DNA of 5,620 nucleotides, from assembly GCA_051294375.1 (NCBI GenBank), contig JBJCIZ010001401.1, positions 1 through 5,620 of the forward strand, read 5' to 3'. Numbering within the stretch: the stretch's first letter is position 1; every line of letters begins with the position of its first letter. Under the pieces are notes generated by a model that saw nothing but the letters and a program-made list of their open reading frames with translations, had not been told where the DNA came from and did no database searches. Both the position numbers and the translations under genes were made by a program. The DNA is from Paraspadella gotoi (taxonomy: Eukaryota > Animalia > Chaetognatha). This document shows, one piece after another, positions 1 through 5,620 of the stretch.

Positions 1-31
1 AAATCATTTAAAGGAGAATATAATAATTGAT

Positions 32-314
32 TTATTTCTTCGTTTCATAATAACTGCGCAAGTTATTTTTCAGACACATATACGTGGTGATTACTTTCCA
101 TGCTGTTTTTGGTTTTGAGTAACAAACCATTGCATTTAATTTTTTTAGTTGACTGTTTTGTTGTTCGCAGACTTGCGTATTAACTTTTTCCAGGTCTGGG
201 TAAAGGGCCGAGTTATAACCTCTAGAACATCCAGTATGGTTCTTGATGTGCATTTTATCGATAAGGATTCGACCCGTCTTCAGAAAATTTGGCTCGCGAT
301 TTGCAAGGTATTCA
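32..314 (-). CDS. Transposase exon 4 (DxxH..NH..C, N..EQ)
   Basis: Acceptor: T-run then ctcacag|T, phase 2. Translates (S)EYLANREPNFLKTGRILIDKMHIKNHTGCSRGYNSALYPDLEKVNTQVCEQQNSQLKKL..YYETKK*. Confidence 0.9.
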
Positions 315-404
315 CTGTGAGAAAAAAAAAATATTTAGATTAAATTAAATTAGAGTAAACTATTCTATTTCATTGATGGTTTGGCTATATGTTTGAAGTC
401 TCAC

Positions 405-499
405 CTTGCATTACAACCGTTGTCGTAAATGACTGTACGAGGTAATTCCTTGAAGTAGGAGAGCAAAACATAAGTTAGAACTGCCGGACTCTCTCGTGT
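405..499 (-). CDS. Transposase exon 3 (ESP..IYDNGC), a frame missed by the ORF track
   Basis: Acceptor tttttttag|ACA, donor AG|gtgaga. Translates TRESPAVLTYVLLSYFKELPRTVIYDNGCNA. Confidence 0.9.
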
Positions 500-545
500 C
501 TAAAAAAAATTGAAAGGTGATAAATAATCTTTTCACAAATAATTG

Positions 546-618
546 CTGAGGCAACCAGGATTGAACCCTGGATTTACAAGTTATAAAGCAAATCGCTTGC
601 CAGCGGAGACAACGACCC
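546..618 (-). repeat. Degenerate tRNA-derived sequence in transposase intron 2
   Basis: Minus strand reads gggtcgt-tgtctccgctggcaagcg..ccagg-gttcaat-cctgg-ttgcctca: decayed box A, box B GGTTCAATCC in a perfect 5-bp hairpin (555-571), partial acceptor-stem pairing, about 73 nt long. Confidence 0.45.
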
Positions 619-714
619 ATGTGAATCATTGCTGGATTTTAAGGTACTAAAAATATTCTACCACGTTATTTAATCAACTACAAATTAATTTTTTTAAGAG
701 TCACGACAACAAAC

Positions 715-1571
715 CTGCATTAAGAGGCTTGTAATGAAGTAACCGTGGGAGCACGTTAAAAAGAAAGTACCAGTCATGTTATTTGTTGAATAAGGAAGTT
801 TCTTACATATCTTACTTTCCTTTGCACCGGCGTACTTTGGCAAATTTCGGACTTTTTTTCGGCCACTGGCTATATAATTTTCAGATTCGTCGTATGTGAC
901 TTCAGTTTCTTTTTGGAACCATGCATCACTCTGTTGAAAACAATTACGATAAATTTGGTACACGTGGCCAATGACGTTCTGAAACATTTTTTCTTCTTCT
1001 ACCGATTTCAAACCCATGTAAGATTGGTGAATGACTGGAGAAATTATTTTTAGCTCTTGGAGAACATCATGATTTTGGAGAATGCTTCCATATTCACCAG
1101 AAGCTATAACTACAAATTATTTCTTTCTCTTTGTCGTCGCTATTCTGCAAAAACCGGAGCCCAGCACTTTGCATCTGTGATTTCCAAATTCGTGGAGGGC
1201 ACTAAATTCCTGACGACAGTTAACTTTATCGTTATTTCCTGTAGTATGACACAAATCCGTAAAATTGGCCAGACTAAGAAGAAACTCGGAATTTAAATTA
1301 TTTTCAGATTTCATGTTTGAAAGCATGTTTTCATAATCTATTTGGGATACAAATTTTGTTGGGTCTTCAATCGTCTTGTTCTCCAAAAGATTGAGCCATC
1401 ATGTTGTGCCCAAGAAGAATTTATCGAGATAATTTTGAAGTGTTTTATTATGAACCATACGACGATTCACTCTACTCCCAACTACTACTTCATTGCCATT
1501 TGTTTCCATGTTTCTTGGATCAAAATGAAACTTGCTCGCAATAGCCAAACCATTAGGGCCCATTTGAGTTC
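715..1571 (-). CDS. Transposase exon 2 (interrupted by TGA 1401-1399 and TAA 1119-1117)
   Basis: ORFs 1399..1584, 1117..1386 and 694..1017 are all in the same frame, separated only by single stop codons. Acceptor gaaatag|GA, donor CAG|gtttgt. Ends in TGTFFLTCSHGYFITSLLMQ. Confidence 0.75.
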
Positions 1572-1697
1572 CTATTTCAAGCAATTTTTTTTATTTTTCA
1601 AATTATGCTTTTAATTATAACAGTAAAAATATGTTTTTTATACTGATAAGAATAGTTGCATAATAATTCTTGTGTCAGTCGATTGGTTTCTCAAATA

Positions 1698-1730
1698 ATA
1701 TCACATATATCATATCATATCACATATCAC
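1698..1730. repeat. Imperfect (ATATC/ATATCAC)n simple repeat in intron 1
   Basis: atatcacatatatcatatcatatcacatatcac. Confidence 0.6.
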
Positions 1731-1804
1731 TCTTTTTTCAATTCTTACATTATTTTTTACAAATCTGTCATGAATGTAAAAAAAAATGCTTGAGAAAATG
1801 GAAC

Positions 1805-3086
1805 CATCAGCGACGTATGCTGGGCATGAATCATTGCCATTGTCAAGTGGACAACCTAGGTGTTCCTCTGGATGTATTTCAAGAAGGTCAAGAAATTTTG
1901 TGAATCCATTTCTTATGATATCGTACATGGTTTTTACTTTTGGGGGTTCCACTAAAGCGGACCAAGAGTACAGTGAATGCAACATATTGTTAAAGAGGTT
2001 GAAGGATGGAGTTCCATGTCCCAGAATCCCGAGAAACAAAAATAATGTGGAGTAGCTAATGAAATTAGAGTTATCTATGTTTAAAAGAGTTAATTCCTGG
2101 CAATCTGGACTTAGCTTGCATTTACACCGCAAAGTGACACCAACAAATACTTTAATTTCAGATAGTGCTCCTTCACTTAGAGTTTGGGTGATAATGGTAG
2201 AGGATGTAAAAATTTTGGCACATCCAACTTCAACTTGCTCAACCCAAGGGTGCGGTTCATTACATTGGCAGTGCCCTTTAAATGATTCTTCGTCAGGACG
2301 GATTTCTGTCGGCCACATTTCGAGTCCAAGTGCAAATTTGTTTATTTTTTTTTTCAGAAAATCAGAGAGCGGGAAAAAGGGAATTTTTTTATTTGATTTT
2401 ACCGAGATTTCAGGCTCATCATAGCATGCTTGAAATAACTCTGGATCTTGCCCTATCTGTTCGCAATTTTCTAAATATGCAGAGAGGTGTGAACATTTAC
2501 TGGAGGTTTCTTTGCAAATAGCTGCGCCGCAAACCAAACCACTTTTGGACCCAAAAGGGGCAAGAACTGACCAAGTAACTCCATCGTGGACGGCTATAAG
2601 CCGAGGTTTTTCCGAGAGAAAAGCTACAGGCCCGCTTTTATAGGAGTCAGCCTCTATTTCGCCTGATAACGCTATTTGTGTATAAGTTTTATCATCGGAT
2701 ATGTAAAAGTCTTTGTGAATAACAGCTTGTATATGTATACAATATTGCTCTTTTCGAACTACTGAGAATGCTTCAAGGGTTTTTTTAGACGTGAAAATGA
2801 CTGGGGAATTAAATAAAATTTCCGCCGAATTTTTATTGTCCAAGCAGGAACAACTAAAGACCGTTTCTCGAATTTCCAAATCTTCACTGGATGTGAATGA
2901 ATGAGGTGAAATGACAACACCTTTTCGTCCGATTCGTCCATTTTTATCCTGATCACGAATGACTATAGAGTTATTATCAAGAAGCCAATATTGATTGTTT
3001 TGTTTTAGTTTTAGAATATAATAATTTAGATTGCTCGTCATTTTAGAGTCTTTAACCTGTTTAAAATGAACTGATTTTTCATACAT
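1805..3086 (-). CDS. Transposase exon 1: SWIM-like Zn finger(s), CxC cysteine cluster, ends at the first catalytic Asp
   Basis: First 427 codons of the 458-aa ORF. C79-x-C81-x34-C116-x-H118; C186-x4-C191-x6-C198-x-H200; HCQC (273-275) and RCKC..PDCQELTLLNIDNSNFISYSTL (from 320); GCP..SCPAYVAD. The ORF tail after ADG (SIFSSIFFY..) is AT-rich intron read-through. Confidence 0.8.
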
Positions 3087-3356
3087 TAAAAATCAACCAA
3101 TAACAATAAAAACGGCATGTAAAGCAGTACAAGTTTAATTTAATATAGTTTGAAAAAATGTTTTAAAAAATGAGTAACATCCGACAAGAATTTAAGAAAA
3201 AGAATTTACAAAAAATATATAAATTTTATATAATGATTTGTATTTATTTGTTAGCGTAATATTTTGGCACACTTACTTATTGCCAAGTTTGTTAAATATT
3301 GATGTTATAAAGTATACATAAAATATATCTAAAAAAATTTCGTTTTTTTGTAAAAT

Positions 3357-3429
3357 AGTGGTATAGCCGAATGGTTAGCATTTCGACCTAAAAATTTAAA
3401 AGTTGAAAGTTCGAGTCCGTGAGCTTCAA
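3357..3429 (+). repeat. Degenerate tRNA-derived sequence (tRNA pseudogene or SINE head)
   Basis: Box A TAGCCGAATGG (3364-3374) and box B GTTCGAGTCC (3409-3418) with tRNA-like spacing. The stems do not pair well, so this is not a functional tRNA. Confidence 0.6.
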
Positions 3430-3608
3430 TTTTATGTTAAAATACCAATGTCCCAAAAGGGTTTTCAATATAAAATTGTTTATGATAATCATGAGCTTGT
3501 TACTCAGAAATTCTTGACAGATGCTACCGTACAGTAAACAAAAAAACCTTTTGTTATGTTAAAATAATTTCACAATGTCGATCGTGAAGATAATCAAAAA
3601 TAGTAATC

Positions 3609-5465
3609 TTAATCATCAATATTATGGATACCTTTTAGATGACGTTTCATATTACCCTTTCTATTAAATGATTTTTTACATATATGGCAAACAAAAATTC
3701 CACTGACAGAATCAAGTTTTGTTTCTTTCGGGACTTGCAACACTGTATGATTATTCTCATCGTCGTTTTTTCTTTTAGCAGAAATAAATTCGCGACTTTT
3801 CTCACCATCTTGACCAAAAATACCATTTGCACAAGAAAAGCATTTAGGACCAATTACCGAGTCATTTTTCATACAGAAATCGCTACAAAAATACAAGTTA
3901 CAATCCGAACATCTTTGACCTAATGATTCTGTGTGATTTCTGCAAGTTTGTAACTTTTCTTTGGAAGTAGTAGGCTGAAATACATCCAAAAGCTCCCTTG
4001 CGCTTGAAGATACCTGGGAAGCATCAGGTTGTAAAGAAGATGACTGCAACTGTTTATTTCGATTTCTTTGAGCGCTTGGAACCGCATTTAAGCCGTTTGC
4101 AGTAGATTGGGAGGATGAAGGAAAGAAATACTGCTCCGTTAGAAGATCACCACGGAAAAATGGAGAAATTCGCCCACCGGGATTCAGGTTTGGCAATGGT
4201 GTGGATGCTGAAGAGTGATGAAGTAATAATTACCATATTGTTTGAAAAAAAAACGGATAAACTAAACCAGAAATAATATTTTTAAAAATCTTTTTCGTTA
4301 GATTTGGTGGCATTGTATATGAAAAAAAATTAGTCAAAAATAATTATGTTTTAAATAAAAAAAAAGAAGAGTTTTCAAATGATGCAAAAGTATAACCAGG
4401 AAAGCTAGAACCCTTAACGTCTTCGATGATAAATACTTCATCACAGTATGGCACCATAGCAGCAACTAATTTTTAAAGGGTACTATTAATTTCATTTCTA
4501 TTAGTCCGGTTCATATGTATCTTTTTTTTTGGTTTTTGTTCAATCATAAGATTTTATACATAAATTTTTTTATAAAACAGTGATTACCTCGTATTGGGCT
4601 AAGAACTTCCTTTTCGGTTATTTGAGGCTTTGAAACTGGGGCAAATGAAGACTTTTCATCAGTTTGGATCCCAACGACTACTTTTGGCGTAAATACCTTT
4701 GGGGAACTGTCACATGATGGCAATGGGATTCGAAAATGTTCATCTTTTGATGCAGATTTAATGATAACTTCAGCATTATCAGTGGAAATGAAAGTTTCGG
4801 GATTATACCCCGCATATCGGTATGCCGCTTCCAATACACGTTTTTCATTATCCAAAAATTCTGATGGTGACATCTTTGATGCTTCTCTACTATCTTTTCT
4901 TTTTGAGGGTCCCGCCCATACGCATCCCTCTGGAAGCCAAGAGGGTTTTGTGGCCGACTTTCTGTCACACAATGATCAAGATTGAAAAATATCAAATGTT
5001 AATGTTGTAAAGTAGATGTTGATGTTGAAAAGTATTAAAAAAATTAAACACAAAAACTAGAATCTATACAATAATTTAGAAAGAAAACGTTTTTACTTAC
5101 TTCAATGTGTCGTACCCCATGGTACACTTTCTTTCGGGCAGGACAAGTCGCATAACTTTTGTCCAGTAAGAATCAACGGCGACCCAATTCATGCTAGGGA
5201 TTCCTCCAGTAGGAAGAATTGGCAACACGAATTTAATTCCGGGGGGTTTGCTGTTATTGTTTTTTGGGATTTTTCTTTTTTTAATCCATTCTTCAAGGAT
5301 CGATGATGAATTTTTGTATAAAATATTTTTGAGGGTTAATTCTCCACTGATGAGCGCTACCTTTTTATCAGTATCAATTAAAAAAACTCCCACATGAAAA
5401 TTATTTTCCGTCGAGGATGCTAGTTGAAAAATTTCATTGATTAATTTTTCTCGACTTTTTGCCAT
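3609..5465 (-). CDS. Divergent NRF1/EWG-like DNA-binding-domain protein with B-box-like cluster and C2H2 finger; join(5465-5101, 4961-4588, [4465-4397], 4207-3609); 468 aa (445 aa without the small exon)
   Basis: Donor AA|gtaagt (5100) and acceptor gacag|A (4962), phase 2; donor G|gtaatc (4587); acceptor ctcttcag|CA (4208), phase 1. No internal stops. The spliced N-terminus ISGELTLKNILYKNSSSILEEW..FVLPILPTGGIPSM..MGYDTLKKSATKPSWLPEGCVWAG..KRVLEAAYRYAG parallels NRF1 motifs recalled from memory (VFGAAPLENVVRKYKSMILEDL..LPPLTIDGIP..PGWGKESCKPIWWPEDIPWAN..LRTIVKNCYKQHG). It is too divergent to be the host nrf1 orthologue, so no symbol is given. Confidence 0.75.
3624..3695 (-). other. C2H2 zinc finger
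   Basis: FVCHICKKSFNRKGNMKRHLKGIH = F-x-C-x2-C-x3-F-x8-H-x4-H. Confidence 0.9.
3831..3944 (-). other. B-box-like binuclear Zn-binding cluster
   Basis: CRNHTESLGQRCSDCNLYFCSDFCMKNDSVIGPKCFSC = C-x2-H-x7-C-x2-C-x4-C-x3-C-x10-C-x2-C. The first five ligands have B-box2 spacing; the terminal His pair is replaced by CxxC. Confidence 0.55.
4397..4465 (-). CDS. Putative 69-nt symmetric (phase 1-1) internal exon of the NRF1-like gene
   Basis: aaattag|TT..CCTG|gttata. Open in the required frame (VAAMVPYCDEVFIIEDVKGSSFP) and more GC-rich than the flanking intron. Confidence 0.45.
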
Positions 5466-5620
5466 TTTAAAATTTAGTAGAACATCGATTATTTTGGGAA
5501 AATCACCAACTGTGAATCATTTGCTTTACAGATTACTTTTTCTAACACTAACTCCATAATATTGTTATTGTTTTCAATTAACCAGAAAACCAAAAAAGCC
5601 TAAGCGGCAACAGAAAGGAC

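Larger units (their letters stand above)
32..3086 (-). pseudogene. KDZ (Kyakuja-Dileera-Zisupton)/HMGXB3-like DDE transposase, 4 exons: join(3086-1805, 1571-715, 499-405, 314-32); 839 codons including the terminal stop; two in-frame stops in exon 2
   Basis: Three GT..AG introns (1804-1572 phase 1, 714-500 phase 0, 404-315 phase 2) join the fragments into one frame and rebuild KDZ core motifs across the junctions: CPAYVAD|GTQMG; CKK..NMTGTFFLTCSHGYFITSLLMQ|TRESPAVLTYVLLSYFKELPRTVIYDNGCNA|SEYLANREPNFLKTGRILIDKMHIKNHTGCSRGY..NTQVCEQQNSQLKKL. Putative catalytic D at 1808-1806, D at 424-422 and E at 166-164. Internal TGA at 1401-1399 and TAA at 1119-1117. The start could alternatively be the ATG at 3041. 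Confidence 0.85.
1..5620 (-). mobile_element. Probable internal portion of a KDZ-superfamily DNA transposon (boundaries not visible)
   Basis: Contains a KDZ transposase. Inclusion of the co-oriented upstream gene, whose stop is about 520 bp from the transposase start, is inference. No TIR or TSD identified. Confidence 0.5.

Noticed and set aside
55-60. TGCGCA as an NRF1 binding site
   Set aside because: It is only a 6-mer half-site inside coding sequence; no full GCGCATGCGC palindrome was seen.
411-629. 72-aa minus-strand ORF as given in the track
   Set aside because: It is mostly intronic and in the wrong frame; the real exon 499-405 uses another frame (ESP..YDNGC).
1117-1401. Alternative genetic code or Euplotes-type AAA-TAA frameshift explaining the internal stops
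   Set aside because: Only one TGA and one TAA occur in about 838 codons of AT-rich sequence, and both genes end in TAA. The conserved downstream sequence continues in the same frame, so a +1 or +2 shift would not restore it.
1743-1748. GTAAGA as the productive donor of transposase intron 1
   Set aside because: It is phase 0. Joining it to the acceptor at 1572 gives a frame that soon stops and destroys the DGT motif.
3087-3608. Single fused gene linking the NRF1-like protein to the transposase
   Set aside because: A stop follows the C2H2 finger at 3611-3609 and I saw no convincing donor/acceptor pair bridging the spacer. It cannot be fully excluded without RNA data.
149-5397. Plus-strand short ORFs (e.g. 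1057-1296, 1786-2055, 2059-2424, 4761-4985, 5191-5397)
   Set aside because: They are antisense shadows of the minus-strand exons, with no recognisable motifs; several rely on non-ATG starts.
1-5620. Terminal inverted repeats, TSDs, CRISPR arrays or prokaryotic operon signals
   Set aside because: No long inverted or regularly spaced repeats were seen by eye. Spliceosomal introns indicate eukaryotic DNA, and the element ends probably lie outside the window.

Overview
AT-rich eukaryotic genomic DNA (probably animal; inference) with two tandem, intron-containing genes on the minus strand. The ORF track shows them only as fragments. (1) 3086->32 is a 4-exon KDZ-superfamily (Kyakuja-Dileera-Zisupton; HMGXB3-like) DDE transposase of about 838 codons. 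It has N-terminal SWIM-like and CxC zinc clusters and intact catalytic-type motifs (ADGT, CxHG..ESP, IYDNGC, DKMH..NH..C, NTQVCEQ), but exon 2 carries two in-frame stops, so this copy is probably decayed. (2) 5465->3609 is an apparently intact 3-4 exon gene of 445 or 468 aa. It encodes a divergent NRF1/EWG-type DNA-binding domain, a B-box-like Cys/His cluster and a C-terminal C2H2 finger. Two degenerate tRNA-like (Pol III box A/B) segments lie in transposase intron 2 and in the intergenic spacer. The main hypothesis is a two-gene KDZ transposon carrying an NRF1-like accessory DNA-binding protein. Element ends (TIR/TSD) are not recognisable in the window, and all family assignments come from by-eye motif recognition, not database searches.
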